Shown: positions 20,368 to 29,352 of the stretch, piece by piece
Position numbering within the stretch: the stretch's first letter is position 1
Layout of the letters: each line of letters starts with the position of its first letter
NCBI GenBank assembly: GCA_047621945.1
Contig: JBLHMK010000001.1
Location: forward strand, 22,237-86,236
DNA: 64,000 bases
Reading direction: 5' to 3'
DNA from: Flavobacteriaceae bacterium
Lineage (GTDB): Bacteria > Bacteroidota > Bacteroidia > Chitinophagales > UBA8649
Position numbers and translations under genes: made by a program
The notes under the pieces: model-generated
Database searches by the model: none
What the model was told of the DNA's origin: nothing
The model's input: the letters and a program-made list of their open reading frames with translations, nothing else

Positions 20368-20378
20368 AGTCGAAAACA

Positions 20379-20414
20379 CTTAGGAAACAAATTTCAATGT
20401 TAAAGTTTCCAAAG
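20379..20414. promoter_or_regulatory. Imperfect inverted repeat, candidate TetR operator
   Basis: CTTAGGAAAC-N16-GTTTCCAAAG, with 9 of 10 positions complementary. It sits just upstream of the tetR -7 box in the tetR / DUF1573 divergent intergenic region. Confidence 0.3.
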
Positions 20415-20490
20415 TTTTTTATCTTAGAACTCTTATGTTAATCTTCTGTTAACTATATTTGCACAATATTTAATTGGTGTAGAAATAGAA

Positions 20491-20498
20491 TACTTTTG
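20491..20498 (+). promoter_or_regulatory. Bacteroidota -7 promoter box (TActTTTG) upstream of the DUF1573 gene
   Basis: Exact TAnnTTTG match 24 nt upstream of the ATG at 20522. A second exact match (tatatttg) lies at about 20454-20461. Confidence 0.35.
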
Positions 20499-20521
20499 TT
20501 TCGAACAAAAAATATACATTT

Positions 20522-20941
20522 ATGAAGAGTTTATTATTCGTTTTATTTGCATTTATTGGTTTAAGTGCGGTCGCACAAGATGGTGGTTTAAATTTAGCGG
20601 TGGAAGGGGGAGCTCAAATTGAGTTTGTTGAAGAAACTGTTGACTATGGCACTATTTCAAAAGGTTCTGATGGGAACCGTGAATTTATTTTCACTAATAA
20701 TGGAAATGAGCCATTGATTATCTCAAGTTGTAAAGGATCTTGCGGTTGTACCGTGCCTAAGTGTCCAACTGAGCCGGTATTGCCTGGTGAAACTGCAAAA
20801 ATAAAAGTAAAATATGATACGAATAGACTTGGTAAATTTACAAAGTCAATTACTGTAACATCTAATGCGGGTGCACCACTGAAAACTGTAAAAATTACAG
20901 GTAATGTTGTTGCATCTACCCCAGAACAAGCTCCTGAGTAA
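20522..20941 (+). CDS. DUF1573 domain-containing secreted protein
   Basis: 139-aa ORF. Signal peptide plus the hallmark SCGCT motif (SSCKGSCGCTVPKCP) and LPGE..KI.V.Y pattern of DUF1573. Confidence 0.8.
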   Translation: MKSLLFVLFAFIGLSAVAQDGGLNLAVEGGAQIEFVEETVDYGTISKGSDGNREFIFTNNGNEPLIISSCKGSCGCTVPKCPTEPVLPGETAKIKVKYDTNRLGKFTKSITVTSNAGAPLKTVKITGNVVASTPEQAPE

Positions 20942-20992
20942 TTTTCAAAAAAGTCGTAAGTTTTGTCGTTATTACTCAGATAAGCTGTCCAT

Positions 20993-21010
20993 GAGCTCCG
21001 CAAGGAGCTC
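20993..21010 (+). terminator. Weak hairpin downstream of the DUF1573 gene
   Basis: 7-bp stem gagctcc / ggagctc with loop gcaa, followed by ttggtgttt. There is no clean T-tract. Confidence 0.3.
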
Positions 21011-21036
21011 TTGGTGTTTCTAGTAGTCTCGTCTTT

Positions 21037-21837
21037 CTAAATTTTCGTCTTTTTGATCATGATTTTCTCATAAAGTTTGGGAAACCATCTATTTAACCAG
21101 AATACTCTCTTCGCTGTCTTTCCTATAAGAACAAGGTCTTTTCTATTCTCAATGGCTTGAAAAATTTGAGAAGCAACCATACTTGGGGTAAGAGCTTCTT
21201 GTGTGGAGTTTTTAAAATATTTTTGCTGGCTTTCTTGTAATTCTGTATTCACAAAACTAGGGCAGATTGTAAGCACTTGAACCTGCTCCATACGTAATTC
21301 AGCTCTTAAGCTTCCTAAATAGCCCCATACAGCATGTTTGCTAGCCGCATAGGCAGTTCTATATAATAAAGGACTATACCCAGCTACGCTTGATACACTT
21401 GCTAGTGTGCCATGATTGCGTATGATTTCTGGTAGAGCAAAGTGGCTTAAATGAACGGTTCCCATAAAGTTAATGTCCATTAAATTTTTGGTAGCTGATA
21501 TACTAGTCTCTTTTTCTGGAGCGATGAATGTGATTCCCGCGTTGTTAATTAACATATCAATCTGACCTAGCTGAGTTTTACATGCATTAATGAATGCTTC
21601 ACAGGCTTCAGCATCTCTAATATCGACTACTTGAAGATAATGCTTGCAGTTATTGCTAGCTAACTGCACCCTTAATTCTTCCAGCGCTTCTTCTCGAATA
21701 TCAACTCCGGCAACATTCATGTTTAGCTTTACTGCTTGTAAGGCTAAAGCTTTCCCAATACCACGTGCAATTCCCGAAATAACGATGGTTTTATTCTCAA
21801 AATTTGAAGTCATTAATTCAAAGTTAAGCTTAATCAT
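21037..21837 (-). CDS. SDR family oxidoreductase
   Basis: 266-aa ORF. Cofactor motif ISGIARGIGKAL, NNAG and catalytic YAASKHAV. The start is ambiguous: Met9 (21813) is preceded by an exact TAacTTTG box that lies inside the longer ORF. Confidence 0.85.
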   Translation of the reverse strand: MIKLNFELMTSNFENKTIVISGIARGIGKALALQAVKLNMNVAGVDIREEALEELRVQLASNNCKHYLQVVDIRDAEACEAFINACKTQLGQIDMLINNAGITFIAPEKETSISATKNLMDINFMGTVHLSHFALPEIIRNHGTLASVSSVAGYSPLLYRTAYAASKHAVWGYLGSLRAELRMEQVQVLTICPSFVNTELQESQQKYFKNSTQEALTPSMVASQIFQAIENRKDLVLIGKTAKRVFWLNRWFPKLYEKIMIKKTKI

Positions 21838-21870
21838 GGAGATTTTTTATCTTCAAGGATACTAACAACT

Positions 21871-22206
21871 ATGGCATTTAACGATGAGTTGGCAAATCGA
21901 ACCCGTGTTTATTTAGGCGCACATCCAAGATTTAATGAAAAGAAAATGTTCAGTGGATTGACCTTTTTATTAGATGGAAAAATAACTGTTGGAGTTATGA
22001 AAGATCAACTCATGGTTCGAGGAATAGCTTCAAAAGAAGCTGAGTTATTATCTCAGGATGGGGTGAGTGAAATGAAATTCACTGGCAAAGCCAGGAAATA
22101 ATTTATTTCTGTGAACGCATCTGCTTTTGAAAAAGAGGAACAGCTCCACTATTTTATTGAGCTAGGAATAGAACATGCAGAACATAAACTAAAAGAGAAA
22201 AAGTAA
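21871..22206 (+). pseudogene. TfoX N-terminal-domain gene interrupted by an in-frame TAA
   Basis: The track ORF (76 aa) stops at TAA 22099-22101. The same frame then continues open for 34 codons (FISVNASAFEKEEQLHYFIELGIEHAEHKLKEKK*). The combined 111 residues match the usual length and layout of TfoX-N proteins (...KFTGK.(M)K.F(I/V).V....). Confidence 0.7.
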
Positions 22207-22208
22207 GC

Positions 22209-24623
22209 CTAGTATAAAATAGGAAATTTGGCAGGATTGCTTTCATGCATCATCATATAGACTGCTTCAAAAACATCTTCTGCATTTGGCTTGCTAAAGT
22301 AATCGCCATCCGTACCATAAGCACCTCGATGAGCCTTAGCTGTTATCGTAACAGGTGCAGCATCTAAATATTTATACCCTTGTTGCTCTTCTAAAACCTT
22401 TTGCATCATGTATGCACTTGCTCCACCAGGAACATCTTCATCAAAGAAAACTACTCGATTAGTTTTCTTCACTGATTTTACGAGATGATGATGAACGTCA
22501 AAAGGTAAAAGACTTTGAATATCTATAAGCTCTACACTAATACCTTGTTCTTCTAGTTGCAATATAGCTTTATCTGCAATTCTAACACAAGAACCATAGG
22601 TAACAAGCGTAAGGTCATTTCCTACTTGTAAGGTTTCTGGAACGCCAAGTGGCAAACAAAATTCTTCAAGATTATCCGGCATAGTTTCTTTCAAACGATA
22701 GCCATTCAAGCACTCAATGATAAGTGCAGGTTCATCACTCTTCAACATAGTGTTATAAAAACCTGCTGCTTGTGTCATATTTCTAGGAACAAGAATGTTC
22801 ATACCTCGAAGTGAGTTAATGATCATTCCCATCGGAGAACCTGTATGCCAGATGCCTTCTAGGCGATGTCCTCTACTTCGAATAATTAAAGGGCAACGTT
22901 GTATCCCGTTAGTTCTGTATGTTAATGAAGCTACGTCATCGCTTAGTGGTTGTAGCCCGTATATCAAATAGTCTAAATATTGGATTTCAGCGATAGGTCT
23001 TAAGCCTCTCATGGCCATACCTATGGCTTGCCCAACAATCGTTAACTCACGTATTCCAGTATCAAAAACACGATGAATCCCATGTTTTTCTTGTAGTCCA
23101 GCAAATCCCTGATTAACATCCCCAATTTTACCTACATCTTCACCAAATGCAATTACACGAGGATCTCTTTTTAGCATAAGATCAAATGCGGTATTAAGAA
23201 TTTCAAAACCATTTTTTTCTTCACTAGTAGAAGAAAATTTTGCACTCACTTCTTTTACTTTTAAAGCAGCATAAGGAGTTTCACTGTGAAGGTGAGTATT
23301 GAACGTCACTCTTGCTTCCGCTTCAAAATGATGTAGCCAGTTACTCAATTCCTTTTTTGCATCATGGGTTTCCCTTCCAATTATTCTAAGTATACGTTTT
23401 GCGCTTTCTACCAAGTCCTTGTTTACCGGGTTGTATGCAGACTTCAAATCTTTTGCAACTACCGCAATTTTATCTTTTAAAGGAGAGGCTTGCTCCAGCT
23501 TTGAAATAAGCGTTTGCAATTCGGCAATTTTCGATTTAATAGGTTTATTAAACTCACTCCATGCAGTCTTCTTACTTTCTAAAACATGCTGCTTCGCTTC
23601 TTTTTCTATTTGCTCTAACTCAGCGTTACTAGCTAATTTATTATCTTCAATCCACTCCCGCATTTTCTTTAAACAATCGAAGTCTACTTCCCATTGTAAT
23701 CGTTCCTTTGATTTGTACCTCTCATGCGAACCTGAGGTACTGTGACCTTGAGGTTGGGTTACTTCAGTAATATGAAACAAAGCTGGAATTTGCTTTTCTC
23801 GAACCAGTTTAATTCCTTCTTCATATACCGCGCACAATTCTGCATAATCATAAGCTTTCGCTTTAAAAATATACATCCCATTTCCATTGTCATCTATGCG
23901 AAACCCTTCTAGGACTTCAGAAATGTTTTCTTTGGTTGTTTGATACTTTTTAGGAACGGAAATACCATATCCATCATCAAAAACAGTGAATGCCAATGGA
24001 ATCTTTAATACACAAGCTGCATTGATACTTTCCCAGAAGTGACCTTCAGAAGTGCTTGCGTCTCCAATAGTTGCAAAACAAACTTCGTTGCCCCCATTTG
24101 AAAAAGGATTGTCACCCTGTAACTCTTCGTTATTTCTATAGAATTTTGATGCTAAAGCTAAACCAATTGCTCGAGGCATTTGACCGGCAGTACATGAGAC
24201 ATCTGCAGCAGTGTTGTATCGATTTTTTAACTCCAACCATTCTCCATCCTTATCAATCAAAGGAGAAGCGAAGTGACCATTCATTTGCCGACCATTACTA
24301 CTTGGGTCTGCACCTGGCTGAGAATCTGCATATAACTGAGCATAAAACTGTTGAACTGTAATCAGTTCTTTAGCAAGCATTAAGGTTTGATCTCTATAGT
24401 AACCCGAGCGAAAATCACCTTTGTCAAAATTCTTTGACATAGCAACTTGAGCCAACTCTTTACCGTCCCCAAATATTCCAAACTTGGCTTTCCCGGTAAG
24501 GACTTCTTTCCTTCCCATTAAGCTAGCCTCTCGACTTACAACAGCCAATCGGTAGTCCTCCAACACTATTTTTATGTAGTCTTGTTCGATATTCCCTTTA
24601 GTGTTTTTGGTTTTTGTGGACAT
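22209..24623 (-). CDS. Fused alpha/beta E1 component of a 2-oxoacid (branched-chain-type) dehydrogenase, TPP-dependent
   Basis: About 800-aa ORF. N-terminal E1-alpha-like half with a TPP-binding region (IGDASTSEGHFWESINAA) and C-terminal E1-beta/transketolase-like half. The start is moved to Met16 (MSTKTKNTKG) because an exact TAtaTTTG box lies between that ATG and the track's TTG start. Confidence 0.85.
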   Translation of the reverse strand: MSTKTKNTKGNIEQDYIKIVLEDYRLAVVSREASLMGRKEVLTGKAKFGIFGDGKELAQVAMSKNFDKGDFRSGYYRDQTLMLAKELITVQQFYAQLYADSQPGADPSSNGRQMNGHFASPLIDKDGEWLELKNRYNTAADVSCTAGQMPRAIGLALASKFYRNNEELQGDNPFSNGGNEVCFATIGDASTSEGHFWESINAACVLKIPLAFTVFDDGYGISVPKKYQTTKENISEVLEGFRIDDNGNGMYIFKAKAYDYAELCAVYEEGIKLVREKQIPALFHITEVTQPQGHSTSGSHERYKSKERLQWEVDFDCLKKMREWIEDNKLASNAELEQIEKEAKQHVLESKKTAWSEFNKPIKSKIAELQTLISKLEQASPLKDKIAVVAKDLKSAYNPVNKDLVESAKRILRIIGRETHDAKKELSNWLHHFEAEARVTFNTHLHSETPYAALKVKEVSAKFSSTSEEKNGFEILNTAFDLMLKRDPRVIAFGEDVGKIGDVNQGFAGLQEKHGIHRVFDTGIRELTIVGQAIGMAMRGLRPIAEIQYLDYLIYGLQPLSDDVASLTYRTNGIQRCPLIIRSRGHRLEGIWHTGSPMGMIINSLRGMNILVPRNMTQAAGFYNTMLKSDEPALIIECLNGYRLKETMPDNLEEFCLPLGVPETLQVGNDLTLVTYGSCVRIADKAILQLEEQGISVELIDIQSLLPFDVHHHLVKSVKKTNRVVFFDEDVPGGASAYMMQKVLEEQQGYKYLDAAPVTITAKAHRGAYGTDGDYFSKPNAEDVFEAVYMMMHESNPAKFPILY

Positions 24624-24657
24624 ATTAATTGCTTTGATTGTTTTGTATTTGGAACTG

Positions 24658-24665
24658 CAAATATA
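24658..24665 (-). promoter_or_regulatory. Bacteroidota -7 promoter box (TAtaTTTG) for the E1 gene
   Basis: The plus strand reads caaatata, which is TATATTTG on the minus strand, 34 nt upstream of the ATG at 24623. Confidence 0.45.
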
Positions 24666-24759
24666 CAAATTGCGAGGCGAATCTAAGCGTTAAATGCATG
24701 TTAATGATTTGTATGGTTTCAATTTTATTCCTTACTTTTAAGTCATAAATCAAAATACT

Positions 24760-25194
24760 ATGAAGCACTTATTTTTACTTTTATTCTTAGGCCTTAATTT
24801 AAGCAATGTAGCTTTCGCGCAAGGCAATGCGGAAATGTCTTTTGCTGAAGAAAAATTTAATTTCGGAGAATTAGACGAAGGTCCAAAAGTCAATCACGAG
24901 TTTATGTTTACGAATACAGGTACGGAAGCTTTAGTTTTGAGTAATGTGAAAGCATCTTGTGGATGTACCACACCTTCTTGGCCTAAAGATCCTATCTTAC
25001 CTGGTGAAGAAGGGAAAATTTTAGTGACCTACAATACAGCAAGAAGAATTGGATCTTTTAACAAGTCAATCACAATTACCTCAAATGCCACAGAGACTTC
25101 TAAAATTCTTTACATTTCGGGAAAAGTAAACGCCGTTCCAGAAGAGGAAACAATGCCAATTAAACAACCTTTAATGATGGCGCCATCGAATTAA
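24760..25194 (+). CDS. DUF1573 domain-containing secreted protein (paralog of 20522..20941)
   Basis: 144-aa ORF. Signal peptide, VKASCGCTTPSWP motif and the same LPGEEGKILVTYNT...FNKSITITSNA pattern as the other copy. Confidence 0.8.
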   Translation: MKHLFLLLFLGLNLSNVAFAQGNAEMSFAEEKFNFGELDEGPKVNHEFMFTNTGTEALVLSNVKASCGCTTPSWPKDPILPGEEGKILVTYNTARRIGSFNKSITITSNATETSKILYISGKVNAVPEEETMPIKQPLMMAPSN

Positions 25195-25218
25195 TAATCA
25201 ATAATTACACAATTAAAA

Positions 25219-25248
25219 AGTCCGAGTATGTACTCGGACTTTTTTTTT
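25219..25248 (+). terminator. Intrinsic terminator
   Basis: Stem agtccgag / ctcggact with loop tatgta, flanked by an A-run and T9, 25 nt after the stop at 25194. The track start of the next ORF (25228) lies inside this hairpin. Confidence 0.7.
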
Positions 25249-25260
25249 ACATTTGTATCT

Positions 25261-25683
25261 ATGAAGATTAACACGAATAAAGCACCCAAACCAGTAGGTT
25301 CCTATCCACACGCTCGCAAGGCGGGAGATTTACTTTTTCTTTCCGGAATTGGACCTCGTTCAACTGAAGGCGATCACACTGGAGTTCCTGGTCTCGAAAC
25401 GGACAAGAACGGAAATTTTGTATCCTTCGATTTTGAAGCGCAATGTCATTCGGTTTTTCAGAATGTCAAAGCCGTTTTGGAAGCTAGTGAGGCTGATTGG
25501 ATGGATTTGGTTGATGTTACTGTCTTCTTAACAGATATGAAACGAGATTTCCATACCTACAATAGAATTTATGCAGAGTACTTCAAGGATAATCAACCTT
25601 GTAGAACGACCTGCGAGATTAAAAGCTTACCTACCCCAATTGCCATAGAATTGAAGTGCATTGCTTATTTAGGTAAGAAGTAA
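25261..25683 (+). CDS. RidA/YjgF family reactive-intermediate deaminase
   Basis: N-terminus MKINTNKAPKPVGSYPHARKAGDLLFLSGIGP fits the RidA pattern (AP..G.Y..A......SG). The start is moved to Met12 of the track ORF, downstream of the terminator. Confidence 0.85.
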   Translation: MKINTNKAPKPVGSYPHARKAGDLLFLSGIGPRSTEGDHTGVPGLETDKNGNFVSFDFEAQCHSVFQNVKAVLEASEADWMDLVDVTVFLTDMKRDFHTYNRIYAEYFKDNQPCRTTCEIKSLPTPIAIELKCIAYLGKK

Positions 25684-25693
25684 ACCATTGTCC

Positions 25694-26716
25694 ATGAAAA
25701 AAGTCCTTTTAATAAGTATCCTAATTCTTGGAATTATTTTGGTAGGGCTATCTATACTTTGGAATGTAAGGCCTGCTCCTGATGCTTTATCTGAATACAA
25801 AGTTGACCATAAAGAAGATTCTTACTTGGACGGACTTACTGTTCAGTTTTTAGGTAATACGAACCTTGTATTTAGCGATGGTGAAACAAGTATAATGACT
25901 GATGGGTTTTTTACTCGCCCCAATGCATTTACCATACTTTTTGGTGAAGTTGAACCGGACATTAAACGGGTAAAAGAGAATTTGCACAACGCTGGCTTAG
26001 AAACTTTGGATGCAGTTATTCCTCTTCATTCTCACTTCGATCATGCCATGGATGCCGCGCTTGTAGCAGATCTGATGAATGCTCAATTGATAGGTTCTTC
26101 CTCTACTATTAATATCGGTCGAGGCTACGGACTTCAAGAAGAAAGTATGAGTATTCCTATATTGAATGAGCCTTTTAATATTGGGGCTTTTACTCTAACT
26201 TTTTTAACTTCTAATCATTGGCAATACCCTGACAAAAAACAAAGAGATTTGTTATTGAATCAGGATATTGAAGAACCTTTAATTACACCTGCATCTATCT
26301 TTGATTACAAAGAAGGAATCAGCTATATGATACTATTAGAACATGGTAATCATAAAATTGCCATTAATGGAAGCGCTGGATTTAAAGTAAATACAGTAGA
26401 AGACTTTGACGCTGATATTAGTTTCTTATCTATTGCAGGCTTAGAGTTAATGGACGGCGATTATAATCAAGGCTATCAAACTCATGTTATAGATGCAGTC
26501 AATCCGGAAGTATTAGTTCCTATACATTGGGATGACTTTACTATTCCACTTTCTGAAGGATTAAAGACCACAAATATGCTGGTAAACTTTAAAATGGGTA
26601 GCGATTTAAGTAAAGCTTTTGAAATCATTGAAAGCAATAATTTACCTCAGAATAGAAAGATAAAAGTACTTCCGCTTTGGGAAATAATATCAGTTAAGGA
26701 ATTGATTGAAAACTAA
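25694..26716 (+). CDS. MBL-fold metallo-hydrolase, membrane-anchored
   Basis: HxHxDH motif (PLHSHFDHAMDA). N-terminal TM/signal anchor MKKVLLISILILGIILVGL. ATG at 25694 is preferred over TTG at 25688. Confidence 0.75.
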   Translation: MKKVLLISILILGIILVGLSILWNVRPAPDALSEYKVDHKEDSYLDGLTVQFLGNTNLVFSDGETSIMTDGFFTRPNAFTILFGEVEPDIKRVKENLHNAGLETLDAVIPLHSHFDHAMDAALVADLMNAQLIGSSSTINIGRGYGLQEESMSIPILNEPFNIGAFTLTFLTSNHWQYPDKKQRDLLLNQDIEEPLITPASIFDYKEGISYMILLEHGNHKIAINGSAGFKVNTVEDFDADISFLSIAGLELMDGDYNQGYQTHVIDAVNPEVLVPIHWDDFTIPLSEGLKTTNMLVNFKMGSDLSKAFEIIESNNLPQNRKIKVLPLWEIISVKELIEN

Positions 26717-26719
26717 GCC

Positions 26720-28060
26720 TTAGAATATAGGTGTATCAATAAAAATTCTGACGTTTCCATCTTTGTCTTTTGAAGTCTCTTTAAATTGCTCATACAATTC
26801 TGGTCTGTCGTAAATTACAAAGTAATTGAAAGGGTCATTGATTATACTGTTCTTTATCTTGATAAAAGGATCTCCAGCATATGAGTTGTACAAACCTAAT
26901 TTCACATCTTGCTCTTTGTAATACTTTTGAGCAATACCTCGATACAATTTATCGACGGTTTCTTGGTCTCCAACCGTCATCCAAGTAAACAACAATTTGT
27001 CAGTTAGTTTTAAGCTTGCTAGGACTTTAAAAATCCCTTTAGGATTGTCTAGCATGAAAGAAAAATAATCTCCCCAATTAACCGCAACACAAGCCGCTTT
27101 CATTTTGCCATTTTCATCAGCCAACATGTAAGCGCCTGAAGTTTTTGAATAATTCACGATTCGTTCATAGAAATGATAGAATTCTTCAAAACTAGGATAT
27201 TGATTGAACATGTAATTCCCTCGATGGGCTTGACTCATGTCGAACAATTCTTCTAGCCGAACTTTATCATGTGTAATATCTACTAATTGTTTGCGATACT
27301 TGGTGCGACCATAAAATAAAGAAAGGTGTGAGTTGTTGGTAACAGGCCAAATATCCCATTTCTTATTGTAATGTTCTGCTAATTTTTTTAACGCACGATT
27401 AATTCTTTCGTTTGCTTTACCCATTGCCGCATAGACAAAGTGAACGTTATTTTGATTAACTAAGTCTAACAAGATGGTAAACATGGTAGAAAATACTCCC
27501 GTACGTCTATATATTTTTTGACCATTTCTAAGGCCTTCACTAATTCGAAGTAAGTTATAATAATATCCTTTATGTCGTTCTTCTCCTTCTAATCCATCGG
27601 TAAATTCAAATTCATTTGCATGCACATAACCGGCCAACTTATAGGGACACAAACCTTCTGCATCTTTTTTATCTTCTTCAACATCTAAAGCTAATACAAC
27701 TATAGCGTTGTCGTTTATTGACTCCAATGAAGCAGGCACATCGTGAAAGTATATTTGAAAATTCAGTTTACCTTCCGTTCCTTTATCATCTTGATGTTTT
27801 TCTGGAACAGAGATGACTTCTTTACATTCACCAAAAAAGTAATCTAAATCGCCTTTTAATCCGAAAAGTTGAAAGAGTTTATCTGCAGAATGCAAGTACT
27901 TAATAGGAAATGCAAAAAGTGCTAATCGGCCATCAAAACGGTCGAGACAATCTATTTGAATAGTTTTATAGTTCAAAGTGCCCTTACCTTCTATGGTAAT
28001 GCTATCTTTTGAATCATGAATATTATCTTCGAAAAAATAATGATAATTTCTATGTTTCAT
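26720..28060 (-). CDS. Conserved hypothetical protein, possible tandem GNAT-like N-acyltransferase
   Basis: 446-aa ORF 32 nt downstream of the Spt-like gene. No signal peptide or TM segment. The segment LLRISEGLRNGQKIYRRTGVFSTMFTILLDLVNQNNVHFVYAAMG resembles a GNAT beta4-alpha3-beta5 core. The functional call is inference only. Confidence 0.35.
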   Translation of the reverse strand: MKHRNYHYFFEDNIHDSKDSITIEGKGTLNYKTIQIDCLDRFDGRLALFAFPIKYLHSADKLFQLFGLKGDLDYFFGECKEVISVPEKHQDDKGTEGKLNFQIYFHDVPASLESINDNAIVVLALDVEEDKKDAEGLCPYKLAGYVHANEFEFTDGLEGEERHKGYYYNLLRISEGLRNGQKIYRRTGVFSTMFTILLDLVNQNNVHFVYAAMGKANERINRALKKLAEHYNKKWDIWPVTNNSHLSLFYGRTKYRKQLVDITHDKVRLEELFDMSQAHRGNYMFNQYPSFEEFYHFYERIVNYSKTSGAYMLADENGKMKAACVAVNWGDYFSFMLDNPKGIFKVLASLKLTDKLLFTWMTVGDQETVDKLYRGIAQKYYKEQDVKLGLYNSYAGDPFIKIKNSIINDPFNYFVIYDRPELYEQFKETSKDKDGNVRIFIDTPIF

Positions 28061-28092
28061 GGCTTGGTTTGGTGTTTGGATAATGAAACTGA

Positions 28093-29283
28093 CTAAATAA
28101 GGCCTATTTTTTTACCTATTTTTTTAAATGTACTAACGATGTATTCTAGATGCTCTGGCTCATGAGTTGCCATGTAACTTGTACGTAACATTTGCATGCC
28201 AGGAGGTATTGCCGGTGAAATAAAAGCGTTTACAAAAACACCTTCATCATAAAGCATTCTCCAAATTTTAAAAGTCTTTTCATCATCCCCAATAATAACA
28301 GGAACAATGGCAGTTTCGCCATCCACCACTTGAAAGCCTGAGTCTTTTAATCCTCGTCTAACAAACTCTGTATTGGCACAAACTTTTTTAGGTAAATCCG
28401 GATTAGCTTTCAATACTTCAAGCGCAGCTAAAGCACTTGCCACTGAGGCAGGTGAGGGCGATGCACTAAAAATTAAAGCAGATGATTTATGTCTTAAATA
28501 GTTGATTACCTTTTCTTCGCCTACCACAAAACCACCAATTGAGGCTAAGGTTTTGCTGAAGGTGCTAAGTATCAAGTCTGCATCATCTTGCACGCCAAAA
28601 TGATGAGCGGTTCCTCTACCACCAGGGCCGATAACACCAAAAGCATGAGCATCATCTACCACTACATTTGCATTATATTTTTTCCCTAATGCAGTCAACT
28701 GGTCTAGTGAAACAATTGACCCAAAGGTGCTGAAAACCCCATCGGTCGCAATCAATTTCCCATCTTCTAAAGGAAGCTTGGAAAGTCTCTTTTCAAGGTC
28801 TTCCATATCATTGTGTCGATATCTAAGCACATTGATGTTTAAGCTGGACGCAATCATATTTCCCGCTACAATACTTGCATGATTATCTCTATCTGAAAGA
28901 ATATGTTCTCCTCTTCCAACTAATGGAGTTATTACACCTTGCCCTGCTTGAAAACCCGTGCTAAAAAGTAAAGCTGATTCTTTGCCCATAAATTTGGCAA
29001 TCTTATCTTCCATTTCAACGTGTAAATCGATGGTCCCTGTTAGGAAACGGGAACCAGAACAAGATGTTCCATATTTTTCAATAGCCTTAATTGCGGCTTC
29101 TTTAACATGCGGATGAGTGGTTAATCCAAGGTAGTTGTTTGAACCTGCCATTACTACTTTCTTACCTTCCATGGTAACCACTGGTCCTTCACTATCTTGT
29201 ATTTCTCGAAAATAAGGGTAGATTCCTTGCTCTTTTACTTCTTCTGATCGATTAAAAGCTCTGCATTTATCTAAAATCTGCAT
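28093..29283 (-). CDS. Alpha-oxoamine synthase family PLP enzyme, serine palmitoyltransferase / cysteate-acyltransferase-like
   Basis: Motifs GIYPYFREI, GSNNYLGL, VVDDAHAFGVIG and STFSKTLASIGGF (PLP lysine). Overall closer to bacterial Spt than to BioF by eye. The start is moved to Met8 (MQILDKCRAF). Confidence 0.8.
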   Translation of the reverse strand: MQILDKCRAFNRSEEVKEQGIYPYFREIQDSEGPVVTMEGKKVVMAGSNNYLGLTTHPHVKEAAIKAIEKYGTSCSGSRFLTGTIDLHVEMEDKIAKFMGKESALLFSTGFQAGQGVITPLVGRGEHILSDRDNHASIVAGNMIASSLNINVLRYRHNDMEDLEKRLSKLPLEDGKLIATDGVFSTFGSIVSLDQLTALGKKYNANVVVDDAHAFGVIGPGGRGTAHHFGVQDDADLILSTFSKTLASIGGFVVGEEKVINYLRHKSSALIFSASPSPASVASALAALEVLKANPDLPKKVCANTEFVRRGLKDSGFQVVDGETAIVPVIIGDDEKTFKIWRMLYDEGVFVNAFISPAIPPGMQMLRTSYMATHEPEHLEYIVSTFKKIGKKIGLI

Positions 29284-29352
29284 TATTACTAGTTTAAATT
29301 TCAAGCGAAGTTACTTTTTTCTTATTATTGCCATTCAACTTACACACAGAAT

